DNA of 64,000 nt from a virus, in IMG/VR virus record IMGVR_UViG_3300004369_000005, positions 1 through 64,000 of that record. One strand, given 5' to 3'. Positions 29,401 through 39,600 of the stretch are shown piece by piece. Every line of letters starts with the position of its first letter. The stretch's first letter is position 1. Position numbers and translations under genes: made by a program. Below the pieces are notes generated by a model that did not search any database, was not told the DNA's origin, and saw only the letters and a list, made by a program, of their open reading frames with translations.

Positions 29401-31605
29401 ACCATCCTCATCCTTTAGTGTTTCTCCTGGTAGGAATCTTCCTGAAATTGTTTTAACGAATAGTCTTCTTCCAAATGAATAGTTACCTGCCGCTGGTCCT
29501 TCGATGACGCCATATGCACCACTAGTCAATCCAAAAATGTATTTACCAATACCATAAGATCCATCTGCTGGTTCTGTTTCTAATGTAATTTTTGTAAAGA
29601 ACTGTGGGTCAAAATATGACATTCCAAAGATTGCATTGTATGCCTTGGATCCATTAGCAAGATTTCCCTGTGAGATAACTTTATCTAGATCGCTATTAAA
29701 TCCAGTTCCTCTGCTTTTAAGATAAAAGTTACTTGGCTTTACTGTACCAATTACAGGAGTAATAGTATCGCTATAATCAACAACTCTACCATAAGTAACA
29801 GAACCACTATCTTCCTTTTCGTCACCTAGAGCGTCTGCTTGAGTTAGGAATACTTTTCTATACTTTTCACCTGAACTCTCGTCATACTCAAGGAATGTTC
29901 TTTCCAAGTCTGCCTTGTTACCAACAACAGTAACTTCTAAATATTGAGCTGACAAATCATCAATGTTATCATTTAACGCTGGCTTGAATACCTTTGTAAA
30001 AGATACAACATCAACATAGTCAACAACGTTAGTTCCTGCTCTACTTCTTACATACCACAATTTTGCAAAGTAATTTGCACTCGATGGATTTGTAAGGTCG
30101 GATGAAACAACACCAGCAATAGGTAAATTGTCGTTGACAGTTTTGATAGTTAGAGTTTTGATCGCTCTATTTGGATCTATAAATTTACCTCTACGTTCTA
30201 GAGAAGTTCTGTAATTTCCTTCTTCTTCATTTCCATTAGTACCAACATATCCATCATTATACATTGATGACAAATAGATTGTAGGATATGCAGTTAGTTC
30301 TGATCCTTCTTGGTTTAGTGGAACACTACCGAAGACATTAGTAATAGTATAAGTTGGGAGACCTTTTGTTTTGAGTGTTACGTTATCTGTAGTAAGACTT
30401 TCTCTTGCCTTATTAACTTCAAGATACTTAGTCTCTTTATTTACAATTTCAAAACCTCTGATGTATGCTTTACCAGGACCAATACTAGCGATCATCTTTC
30501 TAGATGCCTCGGTAGATTCTAGTCCGTTGTAAAGACCAAATTCATCTACAGCGTAAATACCATTGTTTCCATCTTTCTGGATGTAGTCTCTTACATCTAC
30601 AGTAAAGTTGTCAACAACATAATCACCACTTTCATCATATGTTCTTCTTGCAAGTGTCTGCTCGATGACACTATAATCAGCAGATGTTACTTTTCTAAGA
30701 ATACTACCTTTCTTTACTGTAATTAGTTGAATAAAGTTTTTATCGGTAATAGCATCTAGAGCAAACTCTTTTAGTTTGAGAGAAATTTTTAGTCTATGAG
30801 CTCCAGGTGCTGTATAGTTTGAACTACCAATAGCATTATCATATAGAGAAGAATCTTCTTCTGGAGTAACAACTTCTTCTACAATAGTAAATCCAACTTT
30901 AGCGGATGGTTTGTCGTAATACTCATCAATAACTAGTAAATCTTCATCATTGCGGACAAAAAATCCATTGACAAAATAGATACCTTCTTCTACCTTAACA
31001 CCAGAAGCAAATCCCATAGCAGGACTGCTAACATTAACTACATCTTTAGTGTCGGGATCTTTGACTTCGATACTAGTTGGTAGAACACTACCATCTGTTC
31101 CCACAACCATTAGTGGTGTATTGACACCATCGATGACTTCCAGAGTTTCACCCTGTCTAAAAGTAGACTCAGCATTAGAGTTTCCACTGTTAATATAGTT
31201 AACATAAAGTGTATCAGCGGAAGTTTCTGTTGCTAAATTTGTTGCTAGTACGTTACCGATAACACCAGATGTTAGTCCGCGAATTTGTAGTCCCTTTAGT
31301 TGAGTAATATCATATTTTTTATATACGATATCATCACCTTCTGAGACTGCTACCTCAGATACGGAAGATAATTTTACATAATCTAACTTTGTATTAAGAC
31401 CTACCTCACCAGGAATAACTAATTCTCCCTGCTTAAATGCGTATCTACCAAAGGACTCAATCTGATTCTGAAGCAGAGATTGAATCTGGGAAAGTTCTCT
31501 ACCTTGAATAGAGTATCCAGGACGGAATAGAATTTTATAAAAATTCTTATTTGCGTCGAAGTCCTCGTAATAAGGATTTACATTAAGGTTAGTCTTTTGT
31601 GGCAT
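23419..31605 (-). CDS. VrlC-like / DUF4815 large virion structural protein (2728 aa)
   Basis: MPQKTNLNVNPYYEDF, APGAHRLKI, NRRYTMRDIGKLEKRIERLEYYT, RFKSGFFVDNF, PLAQTF motifs. Confidence 0.88.
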   Translation of the reverse strand: MPQKTNLNVNPYYEDFDANKNFYKILFRPGYSIQGRELSQIQSLLQNQIESFGRYAFKQGELVIPGEVGLNTKLDYVKLSSVSEVAVSEGDDIVYKKYDITQLKGLQIRGLTSGVIGNVLATNLATETSADTLYVNYINSGNSNAESTFRQGETLEVIDGVNTPLMVVGTDGSVLPTSIEVKDPDTKDVVNVSSPAMGFASGVKVEEGIYFVNGFFVRNDEDLLVIDEYYDKPSAKVGFTIVEEVVTPEEDSSLYDNAIGSSNYTAPGAHRLKISLKLKEFALDAITDKNFIQLITVKKGSILRKVTSADYSVIEQTLARRTYDESGDYVVDNFTVDVRDYIQKDGNNGIYAVDEFGLYNGLESTEASRKMIASIGPGKAYIRGFEIVNKETKYLEVNKARESLTTDNVTLKTKGLPTYTITNVFGSVPLNQEGSELTAYPTIYLSSMYNDGYVGTNGNEEEGNYRTSLERRGKFIDPNRAIKTLTIKTVNDNLPIAGVVSSDLTNPSSANYFAKLWYVRSRAGTNVVDYVDVVSFTKVFKPALNDNIDDLSAQYLEVTVVGNKADLERTFLEYDESSGEKYRKVFLTQADALGDEKEDSGSVTYGRVVDYSDTITPVIGTVKPSNFYLKSRGTGFNSDLDKVISQGNLANGSKAYNAIFGMSYFDPQFFTKITLETEPADGSYGIGKYIFGLTSGAYGVIEGPAAGNYSFGRRLFVKTISGRFLPGETLKDEDGVLTKIATEGTISHFIVSERGAGYSDPKLKIDGVEFDETQITFGQVGESIYRIDILDRSAVSTVYTKPPLVVPTSVGTITTPCVLDTVLHKNTVVTYTPNNVKSLGATYGSGGVNTFTADVLIDDRAYGELYDVTAFTFFGKMGTKFLESTSFSANASSVLQQGDLIQFSDSENNVIRAIVQYATEQKGSAKSRIYIDETLYRDVNATSVVRFRPKLGNPNGGTLLFPTGSRSISKIVNSPEDTKIVYNFRRDFVTSGSAGGGLITFAAQLPFGTQRFTAFNENNYIVTVLKKNDADLVSEGDIVYIDPDLVEIRSSTDTSSGLTSGSISFNLPTNYFNSTSLTEEQLQTYTAPILKLSATIEVSNAKPRLKTAVRKKRIVVDSAGDRVIPFRGTDYDSNAVEILSYSDAFRLLYVYEGTTTAPPEIDSAGNLVSGSDITSRFTFDNGQRDTLYDVSRINLKPGAESPVGQIVIAFDYFEHSQGDFCTIDSYLHEAGVLEDEIPTFESSVLGTVELKNLIDFRPKVNSQTILAGFQDTASLEVTGSNFSGVGSVFAATPAPDNTLEYTFKFSQIQYLDRMDGVFLNKNGEFIVKEGNSSLNPSKPDPVKDAVPLFYLYIPAFTKTTKDVRITPVDNRRYTMRDIGKLEKRIERLEYYTTLSILEQQALNMQVKDEIGLDRFKSGFFVDNFETHGVGALTSQDYLCSIDSRQSVLRPQSKEDSIKLVEVNTREDQRVVSGYANTNGIVTLPYSQLSLLGNDFASKTINPNPFVVVQYVGDGEISPAIDQWYDQTVAPLVVDTNTSIYNIFLAKDNVKESFASLYNSFIVNWVGTAPSFTSINSLGELNSNSSTAEVKAASVGSTSNISPQNNELAKGVQSKSVGENSVGTALQFFAKSQEVKFVIRRLKPNTKINVFLEGRNINRWVNPDLKFTGIAGNSLSAFNGEIITDSNGNASGIILIPGGKAPAKNATWDGDISGLDFDASSEEIRFTTGILTLRFTSSGVDAPKATVDTYAEVKYYATGILPENPVSIISTKPSYFKSNEGVQFVDSNTDNPIRPNPLAQTFKVENYEGGVFVTSVDLYFNKKSSSIPIKTYITNVDFEKPGKNIVPGTEKVLTPETYLKVYANGNVLVTKGEYVVGNSSAASGPILKIVDKNGVDLVPSSTGIFSLTNEQVYTLVLENHNGRSFLPNEQLTIPSVTLANDTGGTNLVLTIAKDSGKLSEIRILNPGQNYDNAVFTIESPQLPGGSVATATVNVSGGKIYNTEVSIPGFGYTEAPSVVIRGIGNGAGGCEVETLIDIDTPAVRMGVASDFVGLTESTTPTNFKFDYPVYLANDTEYALVVETDSNEYMMWASRLGETDLSTSTVITTQPSLGSVYKSQNTESWTEDNFEDIKFTLYRAEFDISRNSELLIKNKSLGFEKLGVDSIETNATASSIATSPLFKNNNRILKVHHRDNGYEGMGHSYVFFKGSGSVGGVTSEALNTNLYQVANSGIDTYTITSPLSASKTAVGGGSNMYATFNRKYEVLYPQVQYLTVTGTKLDTEVKTTNVVPVDSSTTNYTSYSQTDFERTFLNEPHYFDNQKFIASDINETLNNINRSLTYKMKLSSDRSYLSPVVDLSSCSVKTVSNRIEKASGQEDRYGRRDQILEFYPVYKFAVAITTPEGQETPSIFNNQSVKGSTSQATGSVAKVEGNNVWIKVRTKQGFVLNENLEFTQFTNNTDFSGSCAVGSIPLLVTPIINSSTQSPAGEDINIVARNPVESKITETYDNKITGRSVIWNRAERKLTVRVDAKPINDNYTAKIVDSNLYTRNNIIADQQPDIFRVGDIISYATQPEDEAFLVEVAKVSYTNGIDFVPEDSTKNSSSVAKYVTKEVYIASPATAIDVHILANTTDISNIEVLYKYKKASSQENFGDSEWFYFNESGEPDNFEIATADNSISSVVEKQSSYQDLKYSVENLPEFSSFAIKIVMKGVDPSYIPKIQDIRAVAAF

Positions 31606-31639
31606 TGTACTCCGCCAAATACTAGCATCTTGTCCCTAG

Positions 31640-31646
31640 TATTTAG
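31640..31646 (-). promoter_or_regulatory. probable late promoter (CTAAATA variant)
   Basis: TATTTAG on + strand between the gp8 terminator and the start at 31605. Confidence 0.55.
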
Positions 31647-31653
31647 TAGAGAT

Positions 31654-31681
31654 AAAAAAAATCCCCCGCTTTCGCGAGGGA
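31654..31681 (-). terminator. rho-independent terminator after gp8
   Basis: Minus strand TCCCTCGC-GAAA-GCGGGGGA-TTTTTTTT. Confidence 0.88.
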
Positions 31682-31702
31682 CTTAATAATCTGATTTTTA
31701 AA

Positions 31703-33553
31703 TCAGAACTCGATAACGAGTTTGATGTCTTCAATCTGGTCTGGAGCACGAGTGATTAGACGACGGTTCTCAACGTAGATTACATCACCTGAGTTGTTTT
31801 CAATTTCAGGAGTAGCAAGACCTGCGTTGAATGTCTTACCTAGAAGTTCGGTTCCGTTAGCAAGTGTGGTCTCAACATCACCTGAAGCAGCAGATGTGTC
31901 ACCAGTGATTGCGTTAGCAGAAGATTCGAATGCTCTTACAACACCAGAATCTAGGTGAGCTTCTACAGTTTGGATGTACTTGAGAACACCTTCACCAGCG
32001 ATGTCATTACCGTTGCCATCTTTGTCAAGAGTCCAAGAAACAACTGTACCGTATGCAGTACCACCAGTTACAGTCTGCTGAATTCTTTCGTCAACGATGT
32101 AGTCAGCATCTGCACCAGTGATCTTGACTGCCTTGAGACCTGAAGCGGTGTCTGCAGTTAGGAATGCAGTTGAACCCCACTGGAGAGGATCCTTAAGAAT
32201 ACCGATTCTACGGAAGTCGTTGTCAACTGGGAAGTCGCCTGAACCCTCATCATAGGTGAGACGGATGTTAGTCATCACGCGCTTACCATTGAGTTCTACT
32301 TCGTGGTCTGAACCATGACCGCCTTGAGGAGGCATAACTGCCTTAAGTGAACCGTAAGCAGTGTTAGGTACGGTAGCAGTAGAAGATAGACCAGAGTTGG
32401 TGAATACGAAACCTTGCTTTAGGAGAATATTACCGTAGGTGTAACCTGAACCACGAGCAAACATTTCAGCAGAGGTGATTGCACCAGCAGCACTAGTGGT
32501 GAATCTTACGATAGCACCTGAACCATCACCCTGAACTTCTGTGTAGAGAGTGGCGCTTGCAGGTAGATCATCGCCAGCATCTTCGATTAGAACTACATCG
32601 AGAGCACCATCAACTGCGAGAGCTTCTACAGCAACTCTAGAAGGATTGGTTGTTTCAACGATTGGCATGAAGTCCGATGAAAGGAACTTGATAACATCAT
32701 CGGTGGGGATGGTATACATGTGCTTCCAGAGGTAGTTGCCACTTGGAGCACTCCAGATACCAGTTGAACCATCGTAGTTTGCACCATCAGTAGTTCTGGG
32801 TTGCTCTGCCTCTAGAACATCAACACCAGTTGGGCTTGAAGGAGTCTCACCATTATAGAGACACTTGAATACTTCATAGTCAGAGTTCATTACATAGAAC
32901 TTAGCGTCTGCAATCGAAGTAACAGATGATGAAGATACACCAGAGATACCTGTCTGACCGTTGCCAGATGCAGAGTAGTTAGGCTTCCACATGTCAAATC
33001 TTGGGTTGACAGAGGTGCTCCAGTTGTAGCGACGAATAACTGTTCTTGCGTGCTGAGAATCAATTTTCTTAGCAGCAATAATCTCATCATAGAGAGAAAG
33101 CTTCTCAGTCTGGTTATCCAGAGGAGCAGGAGGATTGTCCTCAGTGCCGTAACGATAAACGCCAGTTTGTGCTCCTACGCTAGTGGAGATAGTTGAACCA
33201 CCGTCTGCTGTTTCTCTGATGTCGGAACCTAAGGCAGGTGCAGAGTTAACTCCGCTTGAACCAAAAATGTCGGTAAGAAGAAGAGCGTTATCATAGATAC
33301 CTGCAATAGTGGCACGGAATGCAGTACCAGTGTAATCACCAGCGGAAGTTCCTACAAAAATTTCTCTGCCAACCGTAAAGTTGTTCTGGAGCTTCGAGTG
33401 AATCTCTAAGTATGCATACCATCCTTGTGGGCGTCCCACAAAGAAATACATTCGAGAGCCGTCGCCAGCGGGATCGGCATCACTTTCTTGAAGTGATTCT
33501 AGGAATTGACTCGCATTAAAAATGCGAAACTTATCAGAGATAATAGCAGTCAT
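31703..33553 (-). CDS. gp8: baseplate wedge subunit (T4 gp8)
   Basis: MTAIISDKFRIFNA, FYVMNSDYEVFKCLYN, YLWKHMYTIP, IYVENRRLITRAPDQIEDIKLVIEF. Confidence 0.92.
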   Translation of the reverse strand: MTAIISDKFRIFNASQFLESLQESDADPAGDGSRMYFFVGRPQGWYAYLEIHSKLQNNFTVGREIFVGTSAGDYTGTAFRATIAGIYDNALLLTDIFGSSGVNSAPALGSDIRETADGGSTISTSVGAQTGVYRYGTEDNPPAPLDNQTEKLSLYDEIIAAKKIDSQHARTVIRRYNWSTSVNPRFDMWKPNYSASGNGQTGISGVSSSSVTSIADAKFYVMNSDYEVFKCLYNGETPSSPTGVDVLEAEQPRTTDGANYDGSTGIWSAPSGNYLWKHMYTIPTDDVIKFLSSDFMPIVETTNPSRVAVEALAVDGALDVVLIEDAGDDLPASATLYTEVQGDGSGAIVRFTTSAAGAITSAEMFARGSGYTYGNILLKQGFVFTNSGLSSTATVPNTAYGSLKAVMPPQGGHGSDHEVELNGKRVMTNIRLTYDEGSGDFPVDNDFRRIGILKDPLQWGSTAFLTADTASGLKAVKITGADADYIVDERIQQTVTGGTAYGTVVSWTLDKDGNGNDIAGEGVLKYIQTVEAHLDSGVVRAFESSANAITGDTSAASGDVETTLANGTELLGKTFNAGLATPEIENNSGDVIYVENRRLITRAPDQIEDIKLVIEF

Positions 33554-33591
33554 GGTTGTTCTTCCGACGTTGTGATTAATTGTGCCAAAGT

Positions 33592-33605
33592 TATTTATAT
33601 TTATA
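33592..33605 (-). promoter_or_regulatory. two overlapping T4-type late promoters TATAAATA
   Basis: TATTTATA at 33592-33599 and 33598-33605 on + strand, upstream of gp8. Confidence 0.8.
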
Positions 33606-33612
33606 CGATTAT

Positions 33613-36600
33613 TTAGTCAACCTCAATATTAATCATTTCATCACCTGCGGAGATGGTTGTTGGTCCACTGTAGACGGTACATCCATCGAAGGTTGTTCCA
33701 GTCTTACTCGTATATTGGATAATGGATCCTCCGCTTGTAAAGAGGTAACCAGAATCCAGGAAGTATTTAGTAGGTTCAGCACCTGGGTCTCCACTGTTAT
33801 TAACTGAAATTGTTCCGCTGATGAGACCATTCTGTGAAGTAATTGCAATTGCATTTTGAATGGATGGATTAGCAAGATTGAAGTAGTCACCGTTGATTGT
33901 GTAACTGGAGTTCGGACGATCTTCAAAGTCCGCAAGAGTCATTTGTGGGAACAATGCGGAGAATCTTTCAATAGAAACTCCAGATGCATTCGCGGAACCA
34001 TCGTCATATCCAACATAATTCCAGTTTCTTAGGGTAGGTCCAGCATTACCTGTGGTATAGTTACCTAGGTAATCTCCAGAACCAGAAGAACCAAATAGTT
34101 GGTTGATAACATCAATCAGATCTCCGTCTCTTGTTAGGACATCATGATCGTCAGTAATATCTACAAAACCGCCATCTCTGGTTGGAACTGGGTCGCTGAG
34201 GAAGATCGATTCGACGAATCCATCAACAACACCAGATCCAGGATGGATTCTGAGTAGTTCTGTTGGACCATTGTGTACGACTTCATGATGAATGCTAATA
34301 TGATGTAACTCTTCAACATGATTGACTGTTGTTCTGACAACAGAATCAGCGAAGATTCCAGTCTCTTGTGGGCGGGTTGTGATTGCGTTTGCTTCGATAG
34401 AAGACGCGGAAACAGAAGAGATTGTTGGAGCAAGACTGGAGCGAATCTGCTTATGGGAGACCTTCCAATCTGCCAATCTAACTGCAGATTTCTTGATATC
34501 AACTTTGATTTCAATGTTGTCGCGGGTGAGAGATTCGAACCTTGCTTCAGAGTTGATTGCACCCGCACCTGCGGCACCACCAGACTCAGTAACGATATTT
34601 GCCTGTACCGTAGCAATAACGGTAGGTCTAACCTGAGACTTGATGATAGTCTTGGCAATCTTCCAGTCAACGATCTGTACGGCATCTTTCTTGATGTCCG
34701 CCTTGATTTCAGTTGCACCAACACTGAGGGAGTTAAAGGAAGCAATCGAATCCTTAGGAGCAATGCTGAGAGCATCACTAATAATAGAGATATGTGAAGT
34801 AGATGTAACAGTAGGAGCGACCTGTGCCTTGACGATTGTCTGTGTGACTTTCCAATCAACCAGATTGATATCCGCTTTCTGGATCTCAAGTCTGTCTGGT
34901 TGCTTAATAGCATACATCTCACCAAAGGAAGCAATAGAATCCTTAGGAGCAATACTAAGTGCCTCACTGATAATATCAATTCTATTGGTGGAGGTGATAG
35001 AAGGTCCAACCTGAGACTTGATAATAGTCTTAGCAATCTTCCAGTCAACGATCTGTACGGCATCTTTCTTGATGTCTCTCTTAACAAGAGTTTCTTTACG
35101 GGCAAGAGTTTCAATAGCAGAGAACGAATCTCTAGGTGCAATACTGGTTGCGATTGCCTCAGTAACTGATGTACTGGTGAAGACAATAGAAGGTCTGAGA
35201 GTTGCCTTGACAATAGTCTGCTCGACTCTCCAATCATATAGATTGATATTTGCCTTCTGAATCTCAAGTCTATCAGGTTGTGTATAATGTGTAAGACTGT
35301 CGATAGAGACAAATGTCTCAGAAGGACGTGTTGTGATTGCTTCAGTGGAAGCGAGGAATGTTGTATTGGTGGAGACAATGGAAGGTGTAACTTGCTCCTT
35401 AATGATTGTTTGAGTAACTTTCCAGTCAACAATCTGAATTGCTTCCTTCTTGATATCTCTCTTAACAAGAGTTTCTTTCCAGGCAAGAGTTTCGATAGCA
35501 GAGAACGAATCTCTAGGAGCAATACTGATTGCATCACTGATGATGCTAATCTGTGAAGTGGAAGATACAGTAGGTCTGACAGTTGCCTTAGCATAGATCT
35601 GAGTGATCTTAACGTCAGGAACAACTGCTTCCTTCTTAATATCTTGCTCGATAAGAGTCTCTTTCCATGCAAGACTATCGAGTTTCTCAAATGAAGCGTA
35701 TGGTTTGACAGTGACAGATTCGGAGAATACGTTGAGTAGAGTAACCTCTGTCGTGATTGCCTTGTGAGCGGCAGCTGTGACAACTGTCTGAGTTACTACA
35801 GGGGCAGGGAAGAAGATGTTCTGTCTCTGCAGTTCACCGCGAATAATTGTTCTGTCAAAATCAAGCGTTGAGAATAGTCCGATGACTTTTCTAGCGCCAA
35901 CGTCAGTCTTACGCTGAGTCTTAGCAGTGACATAAGATAGAGAGTCAATTGCTTGGACTGATTGAATCTGAGCGGTGATAACTCTTTCATTGAGAGTTGC
36001 TTTCTGCTCGACACTGACTGGTCTTGGTTCAAACCACTTAGCAAATTCGTTGTCTTCGTTGAACTTAACTTCAGAATCAACTTGCTTAATCTTAACAGCT
36101 GCAACAGACTGAATAGCAGCAACGCCACCAGAGACAACTTCAACCTTCTTAGGAATCTGCTTGAGGAATGTTCCTGCCAACCATGGTTTAGCTGTGGTGC
36201 CATCTACTCCTCTCTGTAGATTTAAGAATCTATCAGTGAGTTTACGGTAGTATCTGACGACCTCATCGCCAATCATTAGGTAACCGTTCGTCTCAAACTT
36301 GCTAGTATCAGCAATGTATGCAACAGTATCTGTTGCTGTCATATCTAGATCTAGGTAAGCACCAGTCTCATAGTAGTTGAAGTTTCCTAGAGAATCGTTG
36401 AAGATTCTCTTTTGTGACTGCGTGGTAAGTTTTCTTGATGTCTGAGTGATAGAAACAGACTTGACAAAGGGAGTTCTGGTAGAAGCAATAGAAACATACT
36501 CGTTCTGACCCAAGAACATATCAATCAGATATGTCTGAACCTTCTTATTCTTACTATCAGTAAACTTGGTAAGAGGTTGTACTACTCTACAATCCAAGTC

Positions 36601-39600
36601 TTTCTTTAGATTATCATCACCTTCTACCTGAATAATTGCCGTGAGTGACTTGAAAACTGCTCTTGGAGATTCTGCGATAATAGCAGAAGTAGAGAATGCC
36701 AGTGGAACTGGTAGACTTGCAATAGAAATTTCGGATGCAATAGTCTTGATATTTGCATCAAGTTTTGGTTGAATACCAATAGTAACAAGAGATACAGCAA
36801 TATCTCTTTCAACTAAGATGTCATATCCTCTAGCAACTACTGTCTTAGGAGCAGAAGTATATCCACTACCAGGGTTGATTAGATCAACACTGAGGATGTG
36901 ACCGCCAAGAGTTAGAACCTCTGCCTGTGCTCCACCACCATTGCCATCTTCAGGAATAAACTGAATGATTGGTGGTGTATAGTATTGATATGCTGTAGGT
37001 TGTGTATTAGGATTATAGTTACGCTGGTTCCACTCTAGTCTTGCAATTCTGCCAGTGAGAACTTGGTTTCCATTTTCGTCCTCTACCGTCTCCATAATAG
37101 GAACAACACTGAGACCTGTTCCTTCGGTAGATCCGTTGTATGCTTCGACACCAACAATACCAAAAATGGAGTTATTAGATGGAATAGAATTGCTGTAATC
37201 CTTAGAGGTTACAATGCTAGGAAGTGCAGAGATCTTTCTGAAAGCAGACTCGCCATCGACTCTAATAGTATCACCACTGTTTAGTGGTAAGAAAGTCTTT
37301 CTGTAAGATCTACCTAGTTTAGTAGCATTCCACTTACCATTTCTATCCGCAAGACGGATTCTTCCTGTCTCGTCTCTAGTAATAGTTCTGTCAATTTGAT
37401 TAATGATAACGTTTGTGGTAATTGAAGCATCAGCAATAGATGCTAGTCGTACAACATATCTGTCTCCAAATGCTTCACTTGTTACGAGTTCGTGGTATTG
37501 AGAAACAATAAATCTTGCTTTAATAGTTACAATATTACCAACTTCACTGAAGATATATGGATCAATAATATCTCCTATAGGAGCATCAAAAGATGAACCA
37601 TTGGATTTAGATCCAATCGCTCTATATCCAGCATATCTCTTGTCTCGCATCCAAGAGTCATATGATACATTATCATCATTCCTAGCAAGTCTATTAACTG
37701 CTTGAACTGCAAAAGCTGTTGATTTATCGAGAGTGAATGTAATATCACCTTGGATGTAATAAGTGTTTGGTGAGTAGTCGTAGATATTGAGAATCTGACC
37801 GACATCCCTACCATAAAGGAGTCTCATATCAACATCATTCTGCTCTGTGATTGGAACATTAAAGTAGATGTTAGGACCAGAGATAGTGTAACTATAACCT
37901 TCTCTCTGTAAGACACCATCGACAAAAACGAACAAGAATTCTTTCTCGTCGATCTTCTGGACTGAGCGATCCTCCATATCCAGGATTAGGAATGGACCAG
38001 ATCTTACACCATCTACCAAGTTGTAATCAATTGTAAGTCTCTTATAGTTACCAACTCCAAGACCTACAACTCTTTCAACTGCAGTTGGTTCGCCAATACT
38101 CTTAGCACCAAAATCTTGATCCCAGATAGGAGCAACATCAAATACAATCTTGTTAGGAATTACAGTTCTATCAATATAATATGCATCGCCACCTGGGTAA
38201 GTTGCGTTATACTTAGGTTGCTGTAATACGGCATTGATGGTGATAAAGAAGTCCTCATCTTCCTCAGAGTTGACTTCTGTGCCATCTTCCCAATACAGTT
38301 CGAACTCTTTGGTTTCTCCGTCAACATAATCAGGGAGCGACCTTGAAACTGATTCTTCATTGAGAATGTCAGTAACATTAGCAAATAGAGAATCTACTGA
38401 AGAAATGACATCAGCACATTCACTATCTGGAAGCAGAGGATCTTCGATGATGTTATAATTTGTGTATACTCTCAGTGAAGTCCAGTTACCTTCGCTGTTT
38501 AGATTCTGTGGTGTCGCATCGACATATCCAGTTCCAAAAGCAAGGATGTCCTTAACAATTTGAATGTAAGAACTCAGTGCTGACGCCACATTAGCACATG
38601 CTGGGGTGAGAGAATCAATAGCAACGTCTGGATCTGTAACAGGAGCAATGTTGGTATAAGTTCCTGCACCCAGACTATTTCTCATTGCTAGTGTCATCTT
38701 CTCGACTAGCAAATCCCACGCAGCAATAGCTGCGGCAGTCTCTTCAACACTTCTATTAATAGATGTTAAAACTTCTCCATAAGGATATCCTGCATTGGTG
38801 TAATATAGTCTTCCAAATTCTACAACCTGCTCGGTGCCACCAAACTTAAGGTGATAAACAATTGCGTCGATGAGATATCCTAGATCTCTAGCACATTTTT
38901 CGACTGTTGTTTGGAGAGTGTAGTTATTGTAGATAGTAGCACTAACTTCTTCCTGCAAGTATGCTTTGTTTGCAGCAATTAGATTTGCAGCATCATAGAA
39001 AGTACCAGTATTAATACCACTGAAGTAGAATGTAGCAGTATCAGATCCAGAGAATGATGGAGGAACACTGAAGGTATCTCCCTCATCAACAGTAAATGTA
39101 TCGCCTGGTTCTACCGCTGCTGTGCTAGTTGGGCTAACAGCATTTCCATCAGTAATGCCATCAAAGGTTGTAGTTCCCGCAGGAGCTCCACCTCCTCCAA
39201 ATCCAGAGTTAGAGAGTGCTGCTCTAGTCAGTGTAATTTGAGTCTCACTATCAATAGAAGCGATTCTAGTGCCTTCTGGGAAAGAACCACCAGAACTGAT
39301 AAGCATACCAACAGCAACTTTGTTGGTGTCTGCCATCGTCAGAACTCTGGATCCTTGAATAAAGTTAACATTATTAATTACAATGTCCCAGTTCCTAATT
39401 GCCAGTTTAGAAAGATTGGTAGCATATCTAATAATATCGAGAGAAGATTCTTTATTGTCAGTAATATAATCGTAAGTATTATCTTCGTTAAAATACGATA
39501 GATAATCAACAGTCTTTACATTACCTCCAAACCTTAAATCATGCTCGTATGCCTTGAGGATACTTCTCAGATCTGACTCATAACTAGATCCTTTGGTACT

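Noticed and set aside
34360-35710. Near-identical DNA blocks in gp7 as a diversity-generating retroelement TR/VR pair
   Set aside because: No reverse transcriptase in the window; the differences I compared are mostly synonymous and not adenine-specific; the repeats are in-frame tandem units
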